64,000 nt of DNA from Mobula hypostoma. Lineage: Eukaryota. Below are positions 1 to 12,503 of the stretch, one piece after another (the first letter of the stretch is position 1; each line of letters opens with the position of its first letter). The notes below the pieces were generated by a model. That model made no database searches. It was not told the origin of the DNA and saw nothing but the letters and a program-made list of their open reading frames with translations. A program made the translations under genes and the position numbers. The stretch lies in contig NC_086097.1 in NCBI RefSeq assembly GCF_963921235.1, positions 71,364,001 to 71,428,000 on the forward strand. Direction: 5' to 3'.

Positions 1-793
1 CATTTCGGGACCAGTACATTTTGGCCCAGTTAAGTAGCTGCCCCAGTTAGCCAGAATTTCATTGAAATAGTTAAAAAGGTATAAAAAAGACAAACTATGT
101 AACAAATTATGTATTTAAATAAAATGCAGAATAAATTAGAACACTACCAATTCCAATACAGTATTATAAAACTGTGTACTATTTCCTAATAACTATCAAC
201 AGAGGAATTCATCCAGTCCATGCTGCCGTGTTCTTTTGTTGGCTGTAAATGAACAAATCAATGCAGGCACCTTCATGCAATATCTCCAATGAATGAATCC
301 TCCAAATCTTCATTTTCATTGGAGCTTTCAAGATGATTGTCATTGCCTTCGAATTCTTCGTAGTTTCTAACTTCCTGAAGTAGTGAAATCATTTCATTTT
401 CATTCCCAGCCATTTCTGGCATCTCCAAGTGTCAATGCTTGAAGCCAAACCGCAGTGTGCAAAACTGTTCTCAATTATTTTACTGCTTACTCCTCACAAA
501 ATGTTAGCGACAAGAATCATAACCTTTTGAACAGAAACAGATGCAAATAGTATGATTTAAAAACTGTACTCTCTAAGCATGGTGTAATGTCTAATGGCCA
601 TAAAAGTGCACACAGCCCAAGCTTGTTAGAAACTGTTCAACAACAGTCTCCTGTCCCAATAAAGTGACATAGTGTCCCAAATAATCGAAGGGAATCCCAG
701 TTATTTTCTTGATTCATTTTTATCCTTTAAGAGTTGTCCCAAATAAAAGGCAGCCCCAATCAACCCACAGCCCAATTAACACAAATCCACTCT
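1..793 (-). mobile_element. Tigger/pogo-derived non-autonomous DNA transposon, left end cut by the window edge
   Basis: Repeated subterminal CCCAATTAA/GCCCCA motifs at both ends. Right end CCCAATTAACACAAATCCACT is TIR-like. Minus strand ~296-372 reads VRNYEEFEGNDNHLESSNENEDLED, resembling an acidic pogo/TIGD transposase C-terminus. Confidence 0.6.
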
Positions 794-1790
794 TTTAAAA
801 ACAAAATAAGTGATACAATTGCGAATAACATTATATTGCAAATTGGTTCTCATGTGCAATCTTAATAGTTGCAAGGTCAAAACCTTAAGACGCTTCACTG
901 ATTCAATTATTTGCAATCATGATATGTGGAGAAATTCCAAGATCAACAATATTTTTTCCAGCAGCTCTCCTTTCTTCAGCTACTTTTCAATTTTGTTTAA
1001 TGCACCTATTCGTAACAGTAGCTTTTGTCCATTTTACAGATCTATCATTATATCTAATGTATGGGTAAGTCTGTATGCAAAGGACAAGGACCCTTGTAAG
1101 AAACCGGACCACATTAATCAGAAAAAAAACACTGCACAACATTCACATGGTCAGTACCAGACTCTGTTCCCAGTTCTGTCACAGGAATTGATAATCTGGT
1201 GGACAGATTCAAGGATATTCTTGAAGTGACTTTGAAAATGAGCAATACCCCTACTCACTCATAGAAACTGCTCGTTCATGACTACAGAAAGTGGTGAAAG
1301 AGCATTCGAATTCAGGAGATGAAGTTGTGAATCCTCACTGTAGGGTTTCACAACTTCATCAGGGATCTCATCTGTTAAAGAGGTTTTGCTGTCTTAGCAT
1401 TTGCAATATGGCCTTTTACGTCCTGTTGTCCGTCAGGGGTGGCAGCAAGGTGAGATCAGAAACTTTCCTGGGGGTTGAGGCCTGGGACACTGCAACATAT
1501 TCTGTCTCCCACATGCCCTAAACTGTCCTTTGATTTATTTGTCACTTACTGCACTAAATGGTAGTGTCATGTAGGTAATTATACACTGGCATTACTTTGG
1601 GATATGAGAGGAGATCTTGATAGAAATCCACAAGGAAGACATGCAAATTCCACACAGATAGAACCCAAGATTGGAACTGAAGTTGGTTCATTGTTGTTAC
1701 ATGTCCTGAGATGGAACGAAAAGCTTTTGTTTACATACCTTCCTGACAGGTTATTCCATACTAAATACATCATGGGTGTCATTATACACC

Positions 1791-2486
1791 AGTCATTGAA
1801 AGTGGGCATGCAGATACAGCAGGCGGTGAAAAAGGCAAATGGTATGCTGGCATTTATAGCGAGAGGATTCGAGTACAGGAGCAGGGAGGTACTACTGCAG
1901 TTGTACAAGGCCTTGGTGAGACCACACCTGGAGTATTGTGTGCAGTTTTGGTCCCCTAATCTGAGGAAAGACATCCTTGCCATAGAGGGAGTACAAAGAA
2001 GGTTCACCAGATTGATTCCTGGGATGGCAGGACTTTCATATGAAGAAAGACTGGATGAACTGGGCTTGTACTCGTTGGAATTTAGAAGATTGAGGGGGGA
2101 TCTGATTGAAACGTATAAGATCCTAAAGAGATTGGACAGGCTAGATGCAGGAAGATTGTTCCCGATGTTGGGGAAGTCTAGAACGAGGGGTCACAGTTTG
2201 AGGATAGAGGGGAAGCCTTTTAGGACCGAGATTAGGAAAAACTTCTTCACACAGAGAGTGGTGAATCTGTGGAATTCTCTGCCACAGGAAACAGTTGAGG
2301 CCAGTTCATTGGCTATATTTAAGAGGGAGTTAGATATGGCCCTTGTGGCTACGGAGGTCAGGGGGTATGGAGGGAAGGCTGGGGCGGGGTTCTGAGTTGG
2401 ATGATCAGCCATGATCATAATAAATGGCGGTGCAGGCTCGAAGGGCCGAATGGCCTACTCCTGCACCTATTTTCTATGTTTCTATG
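1791..2486 (+). mobile_element. Young 5'-truncated CR1 LINE (ORF2 C-terminus plus 3' UTR)
   Basis: [14 protein letters not shown]...[19 protein letters not shown]...RTRGHSL...FFTQRVVNLWNSLP, uninterrupted to stop at 2395. TTTCTATG repeat tail. Nearly identical to 18445-19160. Confidence 0.95.
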
Positions 2487-3194
2487 ATAGTAAAAAGGAA
2501 AGCAGAGTGCAGGATGCAGTGTTGCAGTTACAGAGGAAGTGTAGTGCAGGCAGACAAATAAAATGCAAGAGCTATGACATGGGAGATCAAAAGTACATCA
2601 TTGAGCGTATGAGATGTCTTTTCAAGTGTCTAATAACAAGAGGACCGCCCTTGAGCCTGGTGGTAATGCTCTGAAGCTTTTGAATCTCCAACAGGAGGAT
2701 GGAAAGGGGAGTGTGACTGAGCTGTGGTCCTTGAGTATGGTGACTGCTTTCATTAAGAAGCGAGAAGTGTAGATGGAGTTGACGGAGTGGGGGCTGACTA
2801 AACTGCATTCAGAACCTTCTGCAATTTCTTGGGGTCTTGAGCAAAGCAGATGCCATACCCAGCTGTAACACTTTCCTCTGAGATGTTTTCTATGGTGCAT
2901 CCGTAAAAAATTGATGAGTCATTAGGGACATGCCAAATTTTCTTAGTTTTTTGCAAAAGTAGAGGCATTAGTTTGCTTTCTAGCTATAGCTAGACCAGGA
3001 GAAATTATTGGCGATGTTTACACCTAGGAACTTGAAGTCTTCAACTATCTCCACTTCAGCACAATTGATACAGACAGGGATGTGTACTCTGTCCTGCTTC
3101 CTGAAATCAATAACCAGCCTTTTTGTTCTGCTGACATTGAGGGAAAGGCTATTCTGTTAATATCAAATCAGTAAGTATGTTCCATTGTGACAGG

Positions 3195-5172
3195 GAAAGA
3201 ATGGTAGGGTAAAAGAACCACAGTGTAGAAAATCTAGTTAAGAAGAAGAAAAGAAGAGTTTACAAAAGGTTCAAGAAACTAGGTACAGTTAGGGCTCTAG
3301 AAAATTGCAAGGGTGCCAGGAAGAAGCTCAAGAATGAAATTAGGATAGCTAGAACAGGCCATGAGAAGACCTTGTCGAGCAGGATTAAGGAAAACCCCAA
3401 GGCATTTTATGAGTATGCGAAGAGCAAGAGGAAGAGTCGTGTGAGAATAGGACCAATCAGGAGTGAGAGTGGAAACAAGTGCATAGAACCAAAGGAAGGT
3501 AGCAGAGGTACTTAGTAGATACTTTGCTCCAGTGAAAAGGACCTTGGCAATTATGGGGATGGTTTATAGCGGACTGAAATGCATAAGGATATAGACATTA
3601 AGAAAGAGGATGTGCTGGAGCTTTTGAAAGTTATTAAGTTAGATAAGTCACTGGGAACAGACGAGATATACCAAAGGCTACTGTGGGAAGAGAGGGAGGA
3701 GATTGCATCATCAATAGGGATGGTAGAAGTACCAGAGGATTGGAAAGTTGCAAACATTCTCTTGTTAAAGAAAGAGAGTAGAGATAACCCAGGAAATTAC
3801 AGACCAGCGATTCTTACTTTTGTGGTGGGCAAGTTGTTGGAGAAGATCCTGACAGGCAAGATTTATGAGCATTTGAAGAGACATAATCTGTTAGGGATAG
3901 TAGGCATGGCTTTGTCAATGGCAGATTGTACCTTTCGAGCTTGATTCAGTTCTTTGAAGATATAACAAAGCACATGGATGAAGGTAGAGCAGTGGATGTA
4001 GTGTATATGGATTTCAGAAAGGCTTTTGATAAGGTTCCCCAAGTGAGGCTCATTCAGAAAGTAATGAGGCAAGGGATCCAAGGAACCCTTGCTTTGTAGA
4101 TCCAGAATCAGCCTGACCACAGAAGGCAAAGGGAGGTTGTGGATGGTTTGTACTCTGCATGGAGGACGGTGACCATTGGTGTTCCACAGGAATCTGTTCT
4201 TGGACCCCTTCTCTTCGCGATTTTTATAAATCACCTGGATGAGGAAGTAGAAGGGTGGATTAGTAAGTTTGCTGGTGACACAAAAGTTGGGGTGTTGTGG
4301 ATTGTCTGGACGGTTGTCAGAAGTTAACGGCATGACATTGATAGGATGCAGAACTGGGCTGAGACGTGGCAGATGGAGTTCAACCCAGATAAGTGAAGTG
4401 GTGTATTTTGGGAGGTCAAATTTGAAGACAGAATATAATATTAATGGTAAGGCTCTTGGCAGTGGGGAATCAGTGAGATCTTGGGGTCTATGTCCATAGG
4501 ACACTCAAAGCTGCTGTGCAGGTTGACAGTGTTGTTAAGAAGGCATATGGTGTGTTGCCCTTCATCAACTGTGAGATTGAGTTCAAGAGCTGTGAGGTAC
4601 TGTTAAAGCTATATAAGACCTTAGTTAGACCCCACTCGGAGTACTGTGTTCATTTCAGGTCACCTCATTACAGGAAGGATGTGGATATGATAGAGAGAGT
4701 GCAGAGGAGATTTACAAGGATGTTGCCTGGATTGGAGAGCATACTTAATGAGAATCTGTTGAGTGAACTTAGCCTTTTCTCCTTGGAGTGACAGAAGATG
4801 AGAAGTGATCTGATAGAGGTGTATAAGATGATGAGAGACTATTGTGTGGATAGTCAGAGGCTTTTTCCCAGGGCTGAAATGGCTAACATAAGCAGGCATA
4901 GTTTTAAGGTGCTTGGAAGTAGGTACAAGGGGGATGTCAGAGGTAAGTTTTTCACACAGAAAATGGTGGCTGCGTGGAATGTACTGCCAGCAAAGGTGGT
5001 AGAGGTGGATACAATAGGGTTTTTTAAGAGACTCTTAGATAGGCACATGAGCTTAGAAAAACAGAGGGCTATGTGGTAGGGAAATTCTAGGCAGCTTCTA
5101 GAGTAGGTTACATGGTCGGGACAATATTGTGGACCGAAGGGCCTGTAATGAGCTATAGATTTTCTATGTTTC
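3195..5172 (+). mobile_element. Decayed CR1 LINE, ORF2 RT region to 3' tail
   Basis: [57 protein letters not shown] motifs spread over frameshifted ORFs. TTTCTATG tail. Confidence 0.92.
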
Positions 5173-5654
5173 TTAGTCAGCTCTCTAGCTCCTTCTTAGT
5201 TATAAGACTCTGTCTTGTTGTTGTTTGAGATCCAGCACCCTATGGTGGTGTCATCTGCAACCTTGTAGATGGGGTTAGAACAGATTTTGGTTACATTGTC
5301 CTGAGTATACAGGGAGCATACTAAGGGACTAAGGAAGCAGCCTTGTGGAGCAGCAATATTGAGGATAATCATGGAAGTGTTGTTTGTCCTGACCACTCAT
5401 GAAGTTAAAGATCTAGTTGCAGCAGGGGTAGGGTGCAGAATCGAAGGTTGAGGAGATCTGTGAGACAGCCCCATTAACCGGTATGCCCATGCACTGCCCT
5501 GCGTAAAGGAGTCTAATTCATTTATTAGTTTTAACAATGCAGAGGGAGGTTAATCAACTTACCGTGCCAATTCTGGAAAAATTCCATTAGTCGGAATCCC
5601 CTTCTCCTTCTTTCCCTGCTCTCCTTTATCAATTCCAAAGCATCAGTCATATTC

Positions 5655-6009
5655 TCAGGATGCCCCAAATAACTTCACAACCAATGATCTCTGAGGTGTA
5701 GTCAAGTTGTTCTACATGAAACATGTCAGCAGCGTTCTCCTTGGCAAGTTCCCAAAACAACAATGAGATAAATAGAAGTTAGCTTATATGGCCATTAAAT
5801 TGGATAGAGAAATTATCCACTCTTCTCCTATTGTATCTTTTATGCTTACACGAGAGGTTATTTCAGGTCTTTATTTATTATGATATTGAATATTTGAAGG
5901 AACCACTGTTGTAGAGCTCAATTATCTTCCAGTTCTGGACTCAAATTGCTGGAGCAGAACTTGAAGACCTTCTGACTCAGAAGACAGAGATACTTTCTGA
6001 GTCACAGCC
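5655..6009 (-). mobile_element. Ancient Deu-domain SINE (AmnSINE1/SacSINE1-like), highly diverged
   Basis: Recognised blocks CAGGATG.CCCAAA...ACA.CCAATGA...GTGTAGTCA..GTTGT, and a tRNA-like head ACTTGAA..ACCTTCTGACTCAGA...CTGAGTCACAGC on the minus strand. Confidence 0.55.
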
Positions 6010-9000
6010 ATTGTACTTCAAACTGAAGCAGCAAAATTTTTTAGAACATCAGTTCAAAAGCCCCATAGTAAGCTATTCACTGGTTTATATATTGTGGTAG
6101 AATGTTGGATGTCAGTTTGAACTGAGAGACCCGCTCTTTAAGCTGACCTTTTCAGAGACAAAATATCGACACTGGGGTGGTCTGTAAACTATGGTGGAAG
6201 GATATTTTCCAGATGATCTGGCCTTCTTGTAGCTTTACATCTATGTTAATTTCTCTTTCTTGTTCTTTTATCTTCACACCAGAAGCAGAGCATATATAGA
6301 AAACACCAAAAGTAAATTTCATGAATTCCTGAGAAGAAAACGCAGTTCCTTTTTGAAATTACAGAAAGGTAGCTTTCAAAATCAAAGTGAATGTGTTAAA
6401 GTTTGTGGATAGTCAAACTAACCAAACACAACTACTTTTTGGTTTGACATGCTTGGGAACTAATTGTTCCTATTCTCTATAGGCTAGATTTAGATTTAGT
6501 AAATTCCGAGGTATATTGAAGGAAATCAGCTTTGGCATTCAGTGTTGTGTCATTTGCCACTTCAGAACCTATCAATTCCACAAGAATTTAGTATCTCTGT
6601 ATTTTGACATGCTTCAACTCTTACTCTCTTATCTCTGACTGCACCACATCGGAAAAAAAAACAATATTTCTGGGTTGATATTTTTACTTCCAGTGTTACC
6701 TACTATAGGTCTATTTGTGTCACATTGTTGATCATTTTATGATCATAAGAAATTTATAAAGAACACAACCAACTAATCTTCAAACATTCTCAGATGATTT
6801 ATATCGGCCATTCTGAAATGGAAGATTCATTAATGGTCAAATGAACCTTAGTTTTTGCTGAATGCAAGAACAGAAGAACAACTGTTGCCCCATGTATACA
6901 TAAAAGGTCACTTTATTTAAAACAAATGTCATTTAGAAATATTACATTGGTCACTTAGTTTAAGAGCAGATATTATCTTAGATAAATGGTCATAAAAGTA
7001 ATCTTTTTGACTCTCCTTTTTCAAGAACTCCATAAAATGAAAAGTAGATTTCTACATGTTGAAGCAGAGTTAAAGATCATTATGGTCATCTGAATAACCA
7101 CAGAATTCAATACATGTTGATTATCATTTGATATTGTAACTGACGTTGATAATTAAATAAAATGCATCACGCTTTACTAATTTCTTTATCACTTTTGTTC
7201 ACTAAATCAGTTTTAATTCCATTTCACTAACACTATTATCATTTACAGATTTTGATTCACACTTCTGCCCGAGGCCCTTTTGGAACGTTTGTATGTTTGT
7301 GTTGCACAAAACATGCCATATTGTCAGTTGTCAGACTCAATTAATTAGATTTTAAGTTTACTTTGTGTTTTACTATCTTGATAATAAAGCCATGATTGAT
7401 GTGAACAGTGTCATAACTAACTTTCCCACCAGATGTATCAGAAGGATAAAAAACAGAACTTTCTTGACTTTTATCATCAAGGAATGTGTTTCAACTTGTA
7501 TTTTTTTTGGCTGCACAATTAGATGTTACCAGAATACTTTCACAAGGTGTCATTCATTGAATTGAAACTATCACTCATTAGGTAATGCAAGGCAAAAAGA
7601 AAACACTTTGGAATCAAGTAGGACCTGAAATGACTGCTCTATTTAGAGTGACTGTGCTCTTCAGTTACAATTCCTACCTGCAGGCTGTAAAAGAAGCACA
7701 GCTGGTTCCTTGAAAAGAAAAACCTTTATGTGAAAGTGCAGTTCATTTTCTAAATGTTTAAAGTCATTATGCCAGTTTATTTACTAAACCATCTTAAAGA
7801 AAGGCTTGACATTTGACCAAAGCTTTTCCTCAACTATGTAAAATGCAGTTGTCACTATTTTAAAAGCCATGGTGGAATGTATGCAAACTTTATAGCAGCA
7901 ATATTATCATATTGTATTTCCAAGCAACTTGAGTGAAAATGTTTTGGTCAAGTCAATAAAGTGTCTTGTCTATGTGTGCACTCCTCTGAAGAATTTACAT
8001 TTATATACCATATCTGTGGTTATAGTATGCTAACAGCACTAAAATAGGGCAACGTTGTAATTGTAAAACAGTTTTGTCAGACGAGGCAAAATGTTTAGTG
8101 CTACTTAAGCCACTTTGGGCTTCACTTTGCAGTAAAGTCTACCTCCAGGAAAATGTCACACATAACCTGGGCTTGACACCAGCAACATTATTTAAAATCA
8201 ATTATTTTAAATTAGAAACATGAAAAGTTCTCAAACTGTCTGCTAGGTGAGTTTTGTTCTTTAATGTTTAAGTAAATAATTGTTATTTGGAAGCTGCTTG
8301 CAGGAGAATTGTCTATTAATATCAGTTTTACTTAGTTATTGTTTTCTTCCTGAATCTAGGCATCACTGTCAAAGCCAGAAATTACTGCTCAGCCCTATTT
8401 GTCATCATGAAAGTGGTGGTAAGCAGCCTTCTTGAGCTGTTATGGACTTTCTGCTGTCGGGTGGTGAATTTCAGGAATTGGACACAGCAATGATGAAAGT
8501 CTGAACAGCACATGATTCAGAGAGGTACCTAAAAGTGGCAATGTTCTCCAGTGCCCACTCTGTGGCCCATACAGTGTTATCACCTCGTAGATGGTGGAAA
8601 GGCTTTGGGGTCTTTCAATACGATATGTGGCCTCTTACTTGTTTGTAATCACAGTACATATAATTCCAGAGCTCAACATCAACCATACAGAGAAGCCTGT
8701 TTGATTGGCACCCTATCTGATAGACTATTCACTCTTACACCTCAGTACAGTAGCCACAGTGAGTTCCATGTTTTCCATTGTTCTCAGTTAGCTCTAAACA
8801 TCAGGCAGAATGATTTGAGTTGGCTGATGACTGGTTTCAGTGATGGAGGGTATCACAGGAGGAAGCTAACTTGGATCATCTATTTGACACTTCTGGATAA
8901 AAATGATTGTGAAAACTTGCACACCAGGACACGGAATCATTGAGGATAGAAATGCCCTTGAATCCTCCTCCCCCACTTAACTGGTTAAATGACCACCAGC

Positions 9001-9149
9001 ACTCATGTTTAGATGTAGCTTTATATAGATACAACTATGTCTTTTTCTGCATTTTGAGAGAATCTGCCATTTTAAACTTTAGCCCTTTACATTACCTACC
9101 ATATGTGCAGCTATTGAAACAAAGTTTAAAAATTTAACATATTAAAAAG

Positions 9150-10800
9150 TTAACATGGACAATGACATTATGTTTTTACCTCTAGAGCACTGATGAGACC
9201 ACACCTGAGTTGTGCATAGAGTTTTGGTCTCCGTACTTAAAGAAGGATTTATGTTATCTGCGGCAGTGCAGAAAAGATTCATTATGTTGATTCTGGCACT
9301 GAAGATTCAACATCTAAGGGAAGGTTCAGCAAAGTTGTCCTCTAGCTCATTGGAGTTCATAAAAATGAGGGGTGATCTTATTAAGGGGAATAGACAGGGT
9401 GAATGCTGAAGGGAAGTTTTCCTTTGTGGCGGTTTCTAGAATGGGGAGACAGTTTCAGATTAAGGGCTTGTCCTTTTAAACATACCTAAAGAGGAGTTTC
9501 TTTCCTTAGGAGGTAGTGATATTATGGGGTACTCCACTCCAAGAGCTGTAGAGTTGGAGTCATCGATTATGAAGGAGGCTTCAGTAAGAAGGCTGAGCAA
9601 TAATAAGGCAAGTTCGAGGCAAGTCAAGGTCAAGGTCATGGTAAGTTCTTTCCTTTTTTAAACTCAGCAGCGGCTTGCGGGGTTAGAAATGCAAGTCATT
9701 GGAGTGATATGCTCCTCCTACAAAATGTGGGAGATAAGGAAGAAAACAAATTTCTCTGATGACTGCGCAGCTCCTCTCAGATAGCATGGGACAAGTGAAG
9801 ATACATTGGGCTCATTGAGGAGGATGTGGTAGATAGAAAGGTTTGCAAGTGATACTTGGGAGGATTTAAACTTTTGAGGCAGGAGAATGGGACCAGAACA
9901 ACAGCGCAGGAAGCAGGAAGGTCAACTCTTTGTAGAATATAGAACAGGCAAATACAATGGGCAGAGTAGACAGAGACAGGTCACATAGCAAGCTGGTCCA
10001 CAAGATTAGAACATATCAGATCCAAATGTGGCCTGGTAATAGAAGGCAATGAGTCGTGGTTCAGGGACTAGTCAATAACTAGTGGTGTACTGCAGGGAAC
10101 AATGCATGGAATATGGTGCCTTGTATTTTTTTTTAGGCATCCATTAGTATTGCGAGACCATGGATCTGTGCCTGGAAATTCTTCACTCTCCAAGGCGTAG
10201 GCCTAGGCAAGGTTGCATGGAAGACCAGCAGTTGCCCATGCTGCAAGTCTCCCCTCTCCACGACACCAATGTTGTCCAAGGGAAAGTCATTAGGACCCAT
10301 ACTGCTTGGCACCAGTGTCATCGCAGAGCAATGTGTGATTAAGTGCCTTGCTCAAGGACACAACACGTTGTCTTGGCTGGGGCTCGAACTCACGACCTTC
10401 AGGTCGCTAGACCAATGCTTTAACCACTTGGCCACGTGCCCACGTGCCTTGTATATATAAAAGTGAGAACGTCAGTGGTCTGATTACCAAGCTTGTTGAT
10501 GACACAAAAGTTGACGAATAGATTGCAAAAGAGGGTTTGAAAAGGGAACTAGATATATTGATGAGTCGAGCAGAGTGGTGGCAGATGAAATTTAATTCCA
10601 GACAAGTGTGTAATAATACATTTTGGGATGTTAATTACGAACAAGATATGTACAATGCAGTAAATATTATGAACCTCAGTAGTGTTGACGTACAGAAAGG
10701 CCTTGGAGAGCAAGTTCATACTGCAGCTCTCAGGAAATGCCAGCACAGATGCATAGGTAGAAGAATGCCCCCAAAAGGTCAGGAACACCTGGAAAAGCTG
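9150..10800 (+). mobile_element. Highly decayed CR1 LINE fragments, interrupted by a SINE
   Basis: ALMRPHL..C...WSP, MRGDLI, TSGV.QG, KLVDDTK and WQMKFN remnants. Confidence 0.7.
10127..10443 (-). mobile_element. tRNA-derived SINE with A-rich tail and 11-bp TSD
   Basis: Minus-strand head with A box TGGCCAAGTGG and B box GTTCGAGCC. Central GTGTCCTTGAGCAAGGCACTTAA domain. A-tail. TSD GTGCCTTGTAT at 10116-10126 and 10444-10454. Confidence 0.9.
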
Positions 10801-11184
10801 ATAAGCATGTCCCACAATGTACATTCTTTGTGCAAGGGGCCTGGGCTCTCCAGCATGGTACACACAACCAGAAGACTGCAGAGCAGCAAAGCTCATGTCA
10901 GTTTTATCTGTTCCTGTGGGCTGAAGAAGAAGCAGATGAAGCCTTTGCTCCTGAGTATAGATTTAAGCAGCAAACTGAGAGCTGCAGTAAAGATAAGCAG
11001 CAGCAGTCCGGAATAACCCTAAGGATGGAACTCTGATCTCCAGTCCTGACCTCTGTGGAGTACAGAGGTGGGTGTTAAGAAGTTACTGATTTCACTGAAA
11101 TCAGATAATCCAGATTCAATTCCATAAATTATTGAAAAACTGAAGGTGTACATTTATGAATGAAAATTTGCAAAAACTGAATGT

Positions 11185-11340
11185 TCTCAAAATCTGAAAT
11201 AAATACAGATATTTTAGAATACTCAGCAGATCAGACAGCAGCTGTAGAAGGAGAAACAGTTAACATAACTGATCCAGGACATTTACTGTTTTTCTTTCCA
11301 TAGATGTTTTCTGACGTTGAAAATTTCTATCATTTTGACG
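11185..11340. repeat. Diverged fold-back of a Penelope terminal-repeat-derived element
   Basis: TACTCAGCAGATCAGACAGCAGCTGTAGAAGGAGAAACAGTTAAC followed by a roughly complementary CTGTTTTTCTTTCCATAGATG arm. Confidence 0.55.
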
Positions 11341-11452
11341 TAAAAGTTTCCCAAATTAGTTTTATTCAGTACTTTTCTTGCTAATCATATTCTAATGAAT
11401 CAATGTTTACAAGATTAATTTTCATCTGTCATGGTGTCGTTAGAGGTTCTTC

Positions 11453-11465
11453 CCACTAGATGGCA
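11453..11465 (+). promoter_or_regulatory. Candidate CTCF-binding site
   Basis: CCACTAGATGGCA matches the CTCF core consensus CCASYAGRKGGCR, in non-repeat sequence. Confidence 0.55.
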
Positions 11466-12309
11466 AAGCTTTATGAATCAGAGCACTCCATTCCTGTCTC
11501 CTTTTGCCATTTTTCTGCTCTTATGCTGCAGATTAATTTTTAAGAAGGTTTAAGATCAAAATTTGGATTGCAAGTAATCACATTACTAAAAATCATGTTA
11601 ATTGTACCTTTAATTGCACTGTTAAACAATAAGAAATGACGATATTTTTGCATGGTTCAAAGGAATATTTGTCTATAATTTTGAATGGTCTAATGGAAAA
11701 AAAGCTTTGCCTTAATAACCTCAGTTTAAAATTCGCATTGCATTCAAATCTCTGAAGGCCTGCCTCTTTTACTGAAACCCCTCCCTGTTCTTCAGAAATT
11801 CAATTTTTTTTTTCATTCCCTCTACCCCAGCCACTGGTTTTGTTCACTTAATGAATGATTGACTGTTTTTGGCTCAATATCCTGCTCAGAGCACAACAGT
11901 TTTTAAACATGAGATTCTACAAGAGGAGAGGAATGAAGAATCAGGTAAAGGCTTTGGAACCAGTTTGCATTTGTATGTCCCCTTGTATCCCAATTGCTCT
12001 CGTTATTCACAATCAGACTTGATTGTCATGAATTAGCGTCTGCTTCAGAGATGGTGAAAGAAAGGGTCGTGGAAGCCTGTATGTAGAGAAAGAGGTCAAA
12101 TAGGGCAAAATAAAGGGGGAAGGAAGTGAGGAGTAAGTGACAGATGAAGGAAGAAAGCACAGTAAGAGGAAGGGAAGAAGGAGTAGGAGGAGAAAGATGA
12201 TGTTGTATAAGAATGTACCATTAAGAAGTTGTACATACTATGTTGTACATTATGGCTTTTGATATGTTGCTGCACCAAGCATTGATATTAATTAAATTAA
12301 AATTTTAAA

Positions 12310-12503
12310 ATGCAGAAAATGCTGGAAACACTCAGTAGGTTAGACAGCATCCATGGAAGGGGAAAATAGAGTAAATGTTTCAAATCAGGAATCCTTCATC
12401 AGAATTGAGCCTTGATCTTATCCCCGTCCGGCTGAAACATCAACTTTTTCTCTCCCTTTATGAATGCTGCTTGACCTGCTGAGGCTTTCCAGCATTTTCT
12501 GTT
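12310..12503. repeat. Fold-back of two inverted Penelope terminal-repeat halves containing a hammerhead-like core
   Basis: CAGAAAATGCTGGAAACACTCAGTAGGT... is inverted-complementary to ...ACCTGCTGAGGCTTTCCAGCATTTTCTG. Minus 12370-12406 reads CTGATGA-AGGATTCCTGATTT-GAAAC. Confidence 0.75.

Larger units (their letters stand above)
1720..5460 (-). mobile_element. Old Rex1/Babar-type LINE split by two CR1 insertions (pieces ~1720-1790, 2487-3165, 5173-5460)
   Basis: Minus ORF 5196-5396 gives APQGCFLSPL..SLYT.D...IYKVADDTTI (RT core). 2622-2900 region gives decayed YRCTIE/LP.RR C-terminal motifs. Confidence 0.75.

Noticed and set aside
810..1229. 139-aa ORF
   Set aside because: GTG start, AT-rich random composition, no recognisable domain.
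1604..2395. 263-aa ORF as a host gene
   Set aside because: Chimeric read-through from SINE/Rex debris into a truncated CR1 ORF2 C-terminus starting near 1791.
10375..10443. tRNA gene
   Set aside because: The A/B boxes belong to a SINE head followed by a SINE body, A-tail and TSD.
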